Positions 9,639 through 22,267 are shown, counted from the stretch's first letter. The stretch is 32,128 bases of DNA from Phoronis australis (GCA_002633005.1 NMRA01000597.1:225182-257309), one strand, 5' to 3'. Program-made: numbers and translations. Notes: generated by a model not told the origin, from the sequence alone.

Positions 9639-10017
9639 NNNNNNNNNNNNNNNNNNNNNNNNNNNNNNNNNNNNNNNNNNNNNNNNNNNNNNNNNNNNNN
9701 NNNNNNNNNNNNNNNNNNNNNNNNNNNNNNNNNNNNNNNNNNNNNNNNNNNNNNNNNNNNNNNNNNNNNNNNNNNNNNNNNNNNNNNNNNNNNNNNNNNN
9801 NNNNNNNNNNNNNNNNNNNNNNNNNNNNNNNNNNNNNNNNNNNNNNNNNNNNNNNNNNNNNNNNNNNNNNNNNNNNNNNNNNNNNNNNNNNNNNNNNNNN
9901 NNNNNNNNNNNNNNNNNNNNNNNNNNNNNNNNNNNNNNNNNNNNNNNNNNNNNNNNNNNNNNNNNNNNNNNNNNNNNNNNNNNNNNNNNNNNNNNNNNNN
10001 NNNNNNNNNNNNNNNNN
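9639..10017. other. Assembly gap (N run)
   Basis: 379 Ns, immediately preceded by the start of a G-run-rich MITE-like sequence (CATGCGCGCACCCAGGGGGG at about 9539). Confidence 0.99.
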
Positions 10018-10792
10018 TTGTTCGACTTGATGGAGAGATAGGTAATTGCTTTCAGGTTGAAGTAAATTGAAAATATGATTGTGACGAAAGGTACACTGGA
10101 ATTTTTCAGTAGGGTTGAAGCTATTGAAAAGTAATTTTGTTCAAGTATACAACGACTCACTCGTTTGTTTTTCTCGCTCCCTGATTTTGAAAACCTGTGG
10201 ACCTATACATTGGCAAAACTGAACTGAAATGGCTCGTTTGTGCGAACGAAACTAGACCAAATTTCTATAATACTATGTGAGTGCAGGTTGCGAAATGGTA
10301 GACGTGGCCGTGTACAGCTATCCAATTTAACAACTATTAAACGAAAAGTATTTTAGTGTCTTTTATATCACCTTTTAAATTGGTTATAAGCCTGCCTTCC
10401 GGCACAAAAACAACTTTTGATTTGGACCTGGACTACTTACGGATAAAATTGGCCTCGAATTGCTTAGTCGAAATGGATGTGTTTTCTTAGCTTGGAAAGA
10501 ACTGTTAGATAATGTTTTTAAACTTCAAAGCGCTTCCGTTTCAAGAACTTTGACAGCTCGGATGAAGCATGGGCCTAAATTCCCGAGTGTGGGCCTACTT
10601 TATGTTTTTTTCGAAGGCCTTGGAACATTTGAATATGGTGGTGCACATCGGATAGGTCTGCGCGCCAATGCTGGATGGCTACGTACAATGACACAGGCGG
10701 ATTTAGGGGGGAGGAGGCCTCCCCCTTAGCAAGCAAAATGAAACAGCAACAGCGTGGAGCGTGAGGAAATATTGAGTTCAGTAACTAGGACC

Positions 10793-11012
10793 GGTAGCGG
10801 ATAAGGGGGGGTGGGGGCTCAGACCCCAGATTGTGGCGATCGTCCTCCCGTTTTTTATTTTTTTTAGTCCATCGATAGTTTTGCCGAACAGAAGGTCCAC
10901 ATCTCCGGCCCCCGCAACTTTCGGGCCGCCTGTGCACATACACTCGCGCTTTTCCCAATTCCCCGAGGCAACATGTTGCCCCCCCCCCTTATGGTATGCT
11001 AGATCCGCTTCT
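10793..11012. mobile_element. GC-rich MITE with GCGGAT...ATCCGC termini
   Basis: GGTAGCGGAT plus G runs at the left; C runs plus CTAGATCCGCTTCT at the right. A related orphan end CAGGCGGATTTAGGGGG lies at 10694. Confidence 0.55.
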
Positions 11013-11209
11013 AAATGAGCTCTATATATATAATCAGGAAGACTTCCTGATACAATTTATATCATTGACTACGGCCTTGGTGTAGGCCTACTAGAACTTT
11101 TGAAAATTGAAACAGATCGATTGAAGAAGCAATAATTGTTCAGCACACTGAATGCCTTAACCGACTCCAGTTGCCCAGATCCGAGGAAAAGTAGGATTAG
11201 ATTAATAAG

Positions 11210-11664
11210 GACAGTGTACGCCGGTTGGGTTTATTCCACCTGTGCGCCGTGGAAAAGTTTCTTGGAAGGAGGTTGTTCTGTAGCCGCATAATTATTTACA
11301 CGTGCCATTTGATAAGTAGGTCTATGGAAAAAGCGGTAGAAGGAAAAAATTGAGCGCATGATGCGTCAGTCATCAAAATGTTTAGACACACGGTACATTA
11401 CCGCTTTGATTCGACGGTGTAACCATAGTTACTAGATATTATAGTCTATGGTGTAACAAGTTATAGCGTTTTACGACTTCCCGCCGTAGATTAAAAAGGA
11501 GTAACAACAAAGGTCCCGCGCAGAAGCGACGTGGTGCGCTGTCGTCTGCTCAGTTCGATGTTCAGTCGTCTGCAGAATATAAGCTCGACAATCGGCTTCA
11601 ACAGTTAATCTGCAGTGCGTAAACCTGTTCAAGTTGATTTTTTAAGAAAATAACGGGAACGGAA
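11210..11664 (+). promoter_or_regulatory. CpG-rich promoter/5'UTR of the second gene
   Basis: CpG density is visibly much higher than in the downstream intron. E-box CACGTG at about 11299, E2F-like TTCCCGCC at about 11478, and initiator-like TCAGTT (11550) and TCAGTC (11562). Confidence 0.55.
11424..11450. mobile_element. 27-bp CATAG...CTATG micro-element with perfect 7-bp target-site duplication (P-element-like termini)
   Basis: GTGTAAC|CATAGTTACTAGATATTATAGTCTATG|GTGTAAC. Confidence 0.65.
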
Positions 11665-11907
11665 ATGTCTTTCGTGTCACTTTCCCAAAAACTTGGGCAA
11701 CTAAAACGACGATTTTCCGAGTCCAGCAGTGGCGAAGCCGGTAATCGCATTCCCTTGGAATATTCAGCTATTACGCTCATGAAACGATCGTTTTCTTTGG
11801 GAGAAACTGTGCTGAAGCTTCATGGAATTCCCAACTTTGTCAAGGAGCGTAGCCTGCCAAAGACTTTTGATGTGTGTGTTCGTTTGCCTGACGGAACCAC
11901 ACGGAAG
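11665..11907 (+). CDS. Probable first coding exon of an unidentified gene; ends in a beta-grasp/ubiquitin-like-looking segment (FERM F1/RA/RBD-like)
   Basis: In-frame upstream TGA (11635), GAA-ATG context, 81 codons MSFVSLSQKLGQLKRRFSES...LPKTFDVCVRLPDGTTRK, then AAG|GTAGGC phase-0 donor. Lies in a CpG-rich region. Domain guess rests on VxLPDGT only. Confidence 0.68.
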
Positions 11908-13664
11908 GTAGGCCTACAAAAATTTAAATTTTTTGACCGCAGGCGCAGGCAATCTCCAGTATCACTCACTGTTTTCGCTATATCGATATGAACACGGCCA
12001 ATTTGTTTTTGCAAGATGCCACATAGCCTAGCCTAGGGCCTGACTTGGCCCGGGTAGCGATATGAATGTTATGGTACACGAGCTAAAGTAATAGTTTGCA
12101 GGTTCGATGGTGCTTTATTTTTACAAAAATATTGTTATACCATATGGCCCATATAGGATGGCAAATTTATCTGCATTATAATGTTTTTAAACCTGCCTGC
12201 CGTCACAAACAATAACTTTTTACAATTTGTCTAAAAAGTTCGTTAGAAATCAAATATTATTTCTGTGGCTTGGATACCATTTTCTGTTTGTTATGTCTAT
12301 TGCTTGATACCAGACTCTAGTTTGTCGTGGTCACTAACTTTTGGTCTAACTGAATGGTTTGAGACCAATTTGCAAGGTGTCTAAATCACATTCTTGTGTT
12401 GCGTTCCATCTTCAAGCTGAGAATTTTCGACTGGCTTCAGTTTTGTAAACTTTCATCTTTATTGCATCTGCATGTCTTAAATGGAAAACATCGCAATTCA
12501 AAACTTGGAACAAACTCACAATTTTCTAGTTGGGTTGCAGAGTTTAATGAGGGGGGGGCTCTCTACGTGATTTTCTCGAGTCCCTCTGAAAATTCACACA
12601 AGTGAGAGCCCGAAAATTATATAAGTGGTTTGTTTTCCTAGAATTATTGCTTCACATGGATGAATGATAATGTCCATCATCTAAATATCTTTTACTGGTT
12701 ATCTGAGTCCTATGATAGTTTATTTAGACATGCAACCAACACTCCAAGTCTAGAGAAACACATCTCAGAGTTTGTTTTGCTTTAGGTGATAATCTGTTAT
12801 GTTTGAGATTTGGTCTTAACAATGAAATGGCCAACACAATTTTAGAAATGATGATACAAAATTCCCGGGCATCCGATTGCTAAAGTATTGTGGGTGTCTG
12901 AAAAGCCGTCTTATTTAAATGCTTGCATGTTGAAGTTGGAGTTATGGATTTTTGTGAAAGTGGCTGGTCACTGAGTTACTGTTTATCTTGTACACTTAAT
13001 CTCACAACTTTTCAGAAATATCTGTCAGACTTCATTAAATGCACCACGGTGTTGTCAGTTGGCGATATTCTTTCATGCTCGCTCAAACTCTGTATTTGTA
13101 GGTCATCCACAGGACAACAATTAGTGACTATGTCTCTTGGTGATCTACATTGTTGTCCTGCAGATGATCAACAAATATGCCTGGACAAGAGAGTTGAGTT
13201 GGTATGAAAATAGTCAGCTGACAACAGCTCTTTCTGTGGGGTCACCAGGTCAGGTAAAGCGTATCAAACCCCCTCCAGCTGACATGAAAGAGTTTACCAG
13301 ATGAATTAACAGACTCCAATGTTCTAAGATGAACATGACAAAGTAGGTACACAAGAATTCCTTTCAATGAGTGGCTGCTGGTGTTTGGATACTTCGAATG
13401 AAATTAGTTAACACTGAATATTTTTACTTGTTTTTAAGGAGTATTCATGAAAGTGATTTTGTCTCCAAAATTTGTTTTCAATGAGGAGAATTGGGCAAAA
13501 CCACTTACGGAAGACCATATTTTAAAACTCATTTCTCATTTCAATGCTCGGAAAAGACGAAACAAAAAATATTAGGTTAAGTCATTTTTAGGAATATTCA
13601 TGAGCCGATTACAAGAGTGACATTTGTTTTGGAGTGAAAAAGGTATCCATGGGAGGCTTCCAGT

Positions 13665-13725
13665 CTCCAAATGGACACCCTTGACTCAAATGGACACCCT
13701 GTTCAGCATTTGGATGCCCTGCTCA
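13665..13725 (+). repeat. Short diverged tandem repeat (~19-20 bp, 2-3 copies)
   Basis: CAAATGGACACCCT twice, then CATTTGGATGCCCT. Confidence 0.6.
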
Positions 13726-15907
13726 TCATCAAGAACCCCTGAGTATAGTTACTGTTACCATTTGAGTTTATTTTTGCTTGCTAATTTCAGGTTCAGAGCT
13801 AATTGTTCAGGTCCAGAATATATAGTTAGAATAAGATGATGTAAGATATGATAAACTTTTTGCAGAATCTTGTCTGGGTACAACTGATTCCAGGGCTGCA
13901 CCGCTAGGCTGTAGTTTGGGGCATGGCCATAAAATCTGGTCCCAGCTGAGACCGGAATTTGGTCATAATTTTTGGAACATTTTTGGTGTGTGGTGGGTGG
14001 AATTAGGGGTATGTGGGTCTGGGGATTTGTGACTCGAGTTTGCTGGTCTGAGACTGGAGTTTAGGGATGTTAGGGTAGAATTCAGATGCGAAATCAAGCA
14101 ATTGACTGTATGTACCATGTTTTTCTGAATTCTGGTGTACCAGCAAAAAACCTGAATTTATTAATTCACATATTAGTTGTTGCTTAAAGGTTTGTGTTCC
14201 ATCTTTCTAGTATGTCTTTCAGTGTACTGTGTCTGAATTCTTTGCTATAATAGTTTCCGACTGAACTGGCAAATTCCAGCAATCCAATTTCTTTTCAGCT
14301 TGATTAAAGATATTAAAGCCACTACATGTTATTTTGCAATTAAGGGAAAACTGCAGTAATCAGTTTGCATGTCTGCAGCTCATCATTTCAACCCAGGGAG
14401 CTGCAATAGCATTGCATATGTCATATCGAACACTTCCGCAGTCCCTATGTAACCTTAGTAACTGAACACAAACTATGTTTGGCTATTGCCATGCGGTTAT
14501 GTCAGTCAAGTTTACAGATAATAGCACCGCATCACTGCCCAGAATATACCTGTGTAGAAACTTTTATCTACAGTGGTCTCATGCAATGAGATTTAAAGGG
14601 GTCGTATGTATTACTAAGCCATGTCCCAGGTAACAAAGATTTGCATATTAAGGCAGATTTTGGAGGCTGAGGAGGTCCGGGTCCCTCTGAACGTCACCAT
14701 AAAGACACCATGAGCCTGCCGAATTCTAGGCGTTCCCCCTTACGTCATCCTAGTCTGCCATAGATTGAGTCATTTGTGTCACAAGTCCATTGTTTGACAA
14801 ATTCAAAAGGGTGTTGTATAGAAAAAACAATGATCCTGAACTGGAACATAGTAGGAGGTTACTCATAACAGATGAACTTCACACATCCTAGAGTTTACCA
14901 ATTAGCCAAACCATTACATTTGAGGAAGAACATTCTGAATATATTTATCACATAAAATGTACCATAATGGATGTTATATCGAATATGCTGCACTTAATGT
15001 GCGTTTTATCTGTCAAGGAGCTCCAGAAATAGCAAATCAACGTTTTTCAGAAAATTCATGTCAGCTGGGTTATTTTTGCTTGATCATGTGTGCTGATTAT
15101 GCAGTCTCCTGACTCATTTTTGTGCACAGCTTGTTGGACTGTTTGTAATGAGCACCGAAGGTCTTTCTGCAGACTGGCTATTTGAGTTATTGTGCGATTA
15201 ATTTACACATATGTCCAGTGCAAGTAGTTTAATATTAATACTTATTCTTTGAAGTTGCAACACCTGTCTACATAGGAACATTGAACTTGGAATAATTTAG
15301 AAATACCTAGAAATTATAAATGTTTTTATTATGAGCAAACCCTCATTGATACAGGGTTTGCTTTTTTCCGATTGTGAACCTATTAGCTAATTTCTCTCAT
15401 AACGCATTGATTTTAGAAATTTGAAGATGGCTGATATTTACTTTTCAATTTTAAAAACAGTCATCAGTCATGTTGGTCTTTTGGTTTGCTTATGATTTAT
15501 TTTTTTACTTGATACGGCCTACGGTAAACATTGTTCATTGTTACGACAACATTAATATTCTCCATCAATACACAATCTGTTCCACTAAGATTTGCCTATG
15601 ATGCTCACCACTAACTCTATTGATCTGCTCCTTGGTTGTACCTAAAGTTTTCACAATAGCATGGCAGTTTTTTTTCTACAATTATTACATTTTTTCAGGG
15701 ATTACACTCTTTTTACACAGATTTTAACAGTTTTGCCAGGTTTTACACTGATGCTTTGAGCTTGTCATCCGTGTGAAATCCTCACCCAGGATCCACGCCT
15801 TTTCCTTGATGTCCCCCATGAGGGTTCAACACTCCACTATTTAATGATGACCGCCAAGGAAATTGCGGAAATCGTGGCAAGAAGCATTTCATATTTTAAC
15901 ACATTTA

Positions 15908-16076
15908 CAGGGACAGATCCAGGATTTTGAGTTGGGGGGAAGGGGCAGGGCAGAGTATTTGCCAGGATTTTGCCTGTCAGACATTCTTACCTCCGAACTG
16001 CCAAATGGAATCGGAGAATTTTTTTCGGGGGCGGGGGGAGCCATGGCACAGTTGTCTCCCCTTAAATCCGCCATTG
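15908..16076. mobile_element. Decayed GC-rich MITE of the CAGTGGCGGAT type
   Basis: Left CAGGGACAGATCCAGGATTTT plus G runs; right CCCCTTAAATCCGCCATTG. No clear TSD. Confidence 0.55.
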
Positions 16077-16844
16077 ATTTCTAGATAAATGATCCTGATA
16101 TTGCTTGTTGATTTTCAAGCCTTGTATTGTTAAGTTTATGTGAAACACTTCCAAAAGTGAAGTTATCTCAGTGCGTGAATGAGAGAACTCTCATTAATTC
16201 CCCAATCCAACTTCACAGTCAATAATAAAAGCATGGTTTTGTGAACCTATATCATCATCAAATATCCCAGCTAGTCCAGATCATGTTATAAAAGTCTCGC
16301 CCACTTTAACTTTTCGGATTGTTGCTTTTGGAAGCACATTGGCAAATACTCCCGTTGGATTTCACCACTAAGTTAGGTACCGGTCAAGTGTCTAATTAGA
16401 CGAATTTTTGTTGGGTTAATACTGGCAACCTTTGATAGCTCTAAGAAAGATGTTTGATAGTTCTGGCATACGATACAGGATTCATGTGAGTGATTAAAAT
16501 ACTAGAAGTTTTTAGCACTCTCTAACCAGTCAGCATGTTGCCTGCACAGGAGTTCTTTTTGCCTGGTGTGGAAAGTAACGTAGGTCAGGTCCTGCATACA
16601 CTCATTTATTCATTGATGAAAAAACAGTTACCGGGGTATTACCACTATGGTCGACACAGGACATTGTGTATTTTAAAAACTGTTTCTAAAGTAAGTACGT
16701 AACTAGGAAAAGTACCAGCACAACACAGTTTCAGTAGGCTAACATGTTGAAATGTTTGGTCTTGTTGCGGAAATCTGAAAATTTACTAAAAACTCTGCAA
16801 ATCTGGTGTCCAAAGTACTTTAATGTAGTTTTGGTGGTAAACAG

Positions 16845-16993
16845 GCGTGCGTTCAGTAACGCTAGGACCTATGCTTGGACCCTGCTAAAATGTAGCTAAA
16901 GTCAGTGTTTTCATTTAAAATGTACGGCAATGTCTCACGAAATCTCGCGAAGTCTTGTTTTTTAGCGAGGTCCTAGCCTTACTGAACGGGAGA
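16845..16993. mobile_element. PIF/Harbinger-like MITE
   Basis: Inverted repeat CGTTCAGTAACGCTAGGACCT (16850-16870) / AGGTCCTAGCCTTACTGAACG (16968-16988), 20/21 match. CAG sits symmetrically 5 nt outside each arm, consistent with a 3-bp TSD. Confidence 0.75.
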
Positions 16994-17286
16994 CAGGTCT
17001 GTCGACTAGAAATAACTGAAATACTTACTGTATTTGTTTGAGTCTTAATGCAAAGCCCGCAGAGCACTTGAATTGAACAAAAATTTAGTGGGGTGGGTGT
17101 TCAGCCAAGCAATTAAAAACAAAAAAATTAATAGTTGTGTTGCGAGTGTATTGGAATAGTTCAGTCAGTCACTCAAATGCCTTTGCCATTTTTGAACACA
17201 AGCAGGATACATGAGCCAAAAGAAGCATCCCCCCCGCAGAGTATTGGCAGCTGAAACTGACAGTTTGTTTCCCGAAGGTTAAGTGA

Positions 17287-17977
17287 GTTGTGTACATTTT
17301 GAGAGCTAAAATTCTTTTGAGACAGGCATTCACCATGAGACACTGGCATTTTTAAGAAAGTCTTGATTGTATGATTTCTGAGGTGGTTGCTAAGCTAAGC
17401 CAAGATGCAAAGTCAAGCTTGGGCTGCTTCTTGCCCTGTTTAGCTAGCTAAAAATGAAAATCGAATTGGGCTTATTTACTCTCGTCAAATTAATCTCATG
17501 GTATTCCTTATAATGATTATAAGGGAACTGAAGATACAGGCCATGTGTACATGCGCCATATTTGCTTGAGTTCCGAATCCTCAATTTTAGGGTTGATCAA
17601 CCCCAGTTAACTTGAAAAGCATTTTCTCTCGTGGTAAAGAAAATTATGAGACTGATTTATCATGAGAGTTAAAGGTCTAGTTGATTTTTCTTTTTAGCTT
17701 CCAAAACTGGACAAACTGTGAACCAGTTGTGTACATTTCGAGAGCTAAAATTCTTGTTAGGCAGGAGTTCACTGACTGGCGCTGAGGAAGTCTCAAATAT
17801 GAATTTGGGGGTGGGTGCTAAGCCGAACACGACAACCATGGGCATTTAAAAGTTCATTTCACCCTGTTTAGCTGGCTAAAAATGAAAATTGTTTAAGGCC
17901 TATAACTCATAAATTAACTGATGATATTCCTTAGCATGACAGGAAACTCGCAAGCATTGCGTACATGTGCCATTTTC
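17287..17977 (+). repeat. Diverged tandem repeat, ~440-bp period (~1.6 copies), probably internal to a non-autonomous element
   Basis: GTTGTGTACATTT(T/C)GAGAGCTAAAATTCTT at about 17287 and 17727. CCCTGTTTAGCT(A/G)GCTAAAA and GTACATG(C/T)GCCAT also recur collinearly. Confidence 0.8.
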
Positions 17978-20900
17978 GAACCCCGATAAACTAAATAAAT
18001 TTTTGTTTTTTTAGCCAGCACAATGGGGCAAAATATAGGTAAAATTTGTTGTGATAGTTGGCATTTAGGTAAACATGGTTGTTTACCATATGAATCGGAC
18101 CGTATGTTGCTAATAGCATATGAGTTGCAGTATGTAGTGTGTGGGGAGGGTGGTGGGGTCCTTTCCATTCCTTAATTACTCTGTGTTGGAACTACTGTTT
18201 GTTGAATAGAAATTATAAAACACACATATCATAAGGTATGGTAATTTAAGTGTAAATTTTTGGTGTATTATTTATCAGGTGACACAATCCGTGAGTTGGA
18301 ATAAAACTTGGAAAGAAAATGAATGAAAAATGCAGGTGGTATGTATTTTGCAATTGACTATTAATTGCTTAAGTTATGTCTGAGTGCAGGTCAATTCTAC
18401 CACATTTCTAAGGATCCAATCTGGGTTATCAGATAATTACTCAGATGTATGCTTACATGAAATGATACCACATTAGTTCAGCTACATTAAATTTTTTTAT
18501 CTCGCTCTTTACACATGCTCTGCATTTCCAAGTCATTGGTTACCTTACAAATATTTCTGTTTTATCAAATATGATGCTAAATTTAGAAAAGTTGTGTACT
18601 TTAATTAGTCTTGCCATGTTCGCAAGACAGTATCTTTTATGTTGATTTAGAGGGTGTATTTGACAGGCTTTTTTTCTTTCAACACCTCACTTATTTGCCT
18701 TCTCAAGTGTTTAATTTGTGCTACCTTTTTGAACTATTAAAGGGAACGCATATTTGTTCAAGTGTGTTTTGACTTTCAAATGTACTTTCACCGGCTTTTG
18801 TTGTTTTTTGTTCCTGGTGTTATCAAGAAAAAAGTTAAAATGCTGTATCATTGCTTGGTGTATTGTTTTCAAATAATCAGGATAAAGCATTGTATTCAAA
18901 CACATTTTGATACCTTAAACATACAGTTGGATGCCGCTGATCAAAAGATTACAAAGGTTTTGCACTTATACCTTCCTAAACATGTTTTTTCTTCAGATAT
19001 GCATTTGTTTATGGTATACACAAATGTCCATAGGCTTTGCTGAAGGAGTGTCCATCCTTAGTAACCTGGCAATTAAGATTTTAACTTGTTGTCTGCTTGC
19101 TGCATCCTGTATTTTACCAAGTACAAAAATTGGCTATCAAGAAAATCCCATAAGTCCATTGTTTGTAAATCCAAATCATGTAAACGTTTTGAGCCTGCTC
19201 TAGTAACAAACAATCATCAGCTGTCATGCAAATCCTTTATTTGTGGAGTAACCTAGGAGGTTTTCAGATGTACTACCTTTGGAACCTGATGTTTTGATAC
19301 TTTATTGGGAAAACTGACATTAACAAACTCGGCTGTTTTACGGCGCCTTGTACTTCGTCTATAGGTGTCAAATCCTCTACTCTTAAATTTGGGGCTGACC
19401 TCGGAGTGTTCGCCCAATGCCTAAGTGAGCCTAAGCCAGACTGTTACTAACCTCTCATACATAATTGATTCACAAATTATTTATGCTCGTTGCTTAGCCG
19501 CGATGCTGAAGAATCTATTCACTAATTTCTTTTATAATGCCTCGATCTTAAAAATTCTGGCAAAGACAGCTCACTTCAATTTTAAAAACAGTTATGTCGG
19601 TCTTTTAAATTGCCTCACTTATTGTTCGGTTTTTTACTTTGAAACTCGTATGCTTAACTGGCGTGTTGGTTTACGACCGCAATTATCTCATCCAGCATGT
19701 TAAGCCTAGCCCCCTTCAATCCGTCTTGGCTCTGTCAAGCCTCTGTGCTGAGGACTTACACTGGATACTCTGGCATAAACAGTACGGCTAATTCTCCTCC
19801 ACTTGTGCGCAAAATCTTGTTAGGGTAAGATTTGCCTAATATACAAGAACAGCTGTCATCTAGATGCCTGTTTATCATGTTCTTTCATTTGAGATCATTT
19901 TGTGTGGAGCAGAGCTATTAAGTGATGACTTCCTGGCAATGGCCTTTCCTGTGCAGTTAACTTTGCCAGTATCGAAGCTTCGAAGTTAATTGTGGTTTAC
20001 TGCGAAGTTTGAGCGATAGTGTCTCCATCACATTCAGAGTTATAGCTCAGCAAAGTTATCCCAAGGTGGCGCTAACATGACCTTTGGTCATATGGCCTTG
20101 CTGTTTTTCGACAGTGCTTCCCATAAAAAATTGCAAGGACCTCTCCCTATCCCAAGTTGGCAACTGAGAACGTCAACTTCACAAGACAGCCTATAGTTTC
20201 CACGTTGGGACGATGATGATATACTAGACATAATAAACGAATCAACTCTTGCACAGACAAAAGTAGTATGGCGTGGCGGCCCCTGGTTTGGGTAGTACAC
20301 TACATTTTCATTGAGTTTTTTAATGAAAGGAATCCAGCAAATGCATGGATAAATTGAAACAGAATGTTTATACCACCAAAATAATAATTATTAGAAATAT
20401 ATATTAACAAACAGTAACCAGTCACCACCCACTGTTGACGAACACAGGCAGTGACCCTTGCCGATAACTCCGATGGCATCCAGTCGAAGTAATAAGTGTT
20501 CCCATTGTAGCAAAGCAGCGACGCTTCTCTGTTAAATCCACCTTTTTATTTCAGAATTAACTTGCGATGTTAACTCTGATTCAAGTCTAAAGTTAAGTGT
20601 TCGGCAACACCGGAGCTTCGGAGGCAGTGGAAAAGGCCTTTTTAGCTAGTGATTCTTTTCAGGGTTTGGCTTCTTTACTGAAACTCCTCATTAAAAGTTA
20701 TGTGTGGACCATTTTGAATCTCAAGAAATACATAAAATTTACTAAAAATAGATTTGTTAGGCTTCAGTTAATCAAAGTAGTTTTGTTTCGTTGTAATCTT
20801 GTGGTAGATAATTGGCATGTGAGTCCTCAGATGCCAGACAAAAGAGCAAATGAGCGCTTAATAATGGACTTAAGATTGATATCTGATTTAGCCTCGATTT

Positions 20901-21089
20901 TGAAACCTGTGCTGTCGTCTGGAGTTGAAACCATTGAAACGGAAGGTTCTTGTAATGATAAAATTTGATTTGTTGACCGGTATTTCAATCAGACGAATTT
21001 ATACACCTTAATGTAATCACCATTGTAATTGGCATGGAAGTCAGGGTGCAGGACAAAAGACTGCTTCAACACTCAGTAATATTTGTTGG

Positions 21090-22267
21090 TAACATCTTAT
21101 TCTTCTTATTCTTCTTCTGACCAACTTCGAGGCTTAATAACTCCAAAATGGGTGTAGGTATGTTCTTTAAATTCTGCATGTGATATTTGGCAGTACATAA
21201 ATTTTTTATGCATTATATAATCGTATTCCATATTGCACCTGAAGAGGGCGTTTGGTGCAAAGGTCATATAATTTTCGAAATGCTACTCCTCCAGTTTTAA
21301 AGTTATCTTTTTCAAATATGGTGCACAGGTATAAGTCAACATGACAATATAAAACATTACTTTTCTAAGTAATCCAATCATCCAATCAGATAAAACAGGT
21401 CAAAGGTCATTAGGTGCAAACTAAAATTTTGAGCTAGATACTTCAAATTCACAAGTCTGATTGGTACGTCTAATTCAATTCGAAATACAAAGTTTCAGGT
21501 CATTTAGTGCAACCATGGGGTCATTAGGTGCATTTTTCTTCAGAAAATTAGTCCTTTGATTCACCAAGTATTCTGATGTGTCAACCGTTAGACAACTGTA
21601 ATTCTCAGCATTAAGCACACTTTTCACAGGCTTTGCAATAATTCTCATAATTCTTATAATGCACCGGATAAGGTCAATTAGTGCAAAGGTCATCTAACGT
21701 TCAAAATGTTATATCTCCTACATTTTTCAAGGAATTCTTTTCAATTTCAGCACACTGGTGAAGGTCAACATGCCAATTGAACACCCTACTTTACTACGCA
21801 ATAGGCTTAACCAATCAGAAAAAATAAGTCGAAGGTCATTGAGTGCAAACTAAAATTTTGAGCTAGAGACTTCAAACTTACATATCTGTTTAATAAATGC
21901 AATTGAGTTTGAATTCTAAATTTTCAGGCCATTTGGTGCACCCATGGGGTCATTAGGTGCATTTAGTGAAAGTTTGACCAATTCATCCATCTTGTATTCT
22001 GAAGTGCTTAAAATAAAACATCTTAATTCTTAGCATCAACCACACTTTTAATTGAGTTTAGAATTTTTCCCTCATCAGGGCTCATAATGCACCAGAAGAG
22101 CTCAATTATTGGAAAGGTCATCAAAATATTAACATGAAATTTCTCCTACAATTTTAAAAAATTCCTTCTCATATTGGTAAATGGGTTGCTGTCAATAACT
22201 TCCCATAACAATCCCAAAAGTAGGATGCGCAGAGTCCATTATTGCCGTGACAATAATCTTTCTAGTT
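21090..22267 (+). mobile_element. Second Helentron/HINE-like element with ~427-bp internal tandem repeats
   Basis: 5' TTATTCTTC microsatellite; GCACCxGA.AG at about 21235, 21661 and 22089; CTAAAATTTTGAGCTAGA at 21421 and 21850; 3' hairpin ATTATTG-ccgtga-CAATAAT (22238-22257) then CTAG-TTT. Confidence 0.7.

Noticed and set aside
9534-10160. Long ORFs of 160-208 aa
   Set aside because: Open only because they run through the N gap.
11908-11991. C-terminal part of ORF 11665..11991
   Set aside because: Follows a good AAG|GTAGGC donor and is more likely intron.
14652-14759. GGCAGA...TCTGCC-bounded GC-rich segment resembling the GCGGAT MITEs
   Set aside because: Termini too short and decayed, with no TSD, to call confidently.
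20597-20968. 123-aa ORF, plus an overlapping ~50-codon open frame on the minus strand
   Set aside because: Non-ATG start, no recognisable motif and no convincing splice pair.
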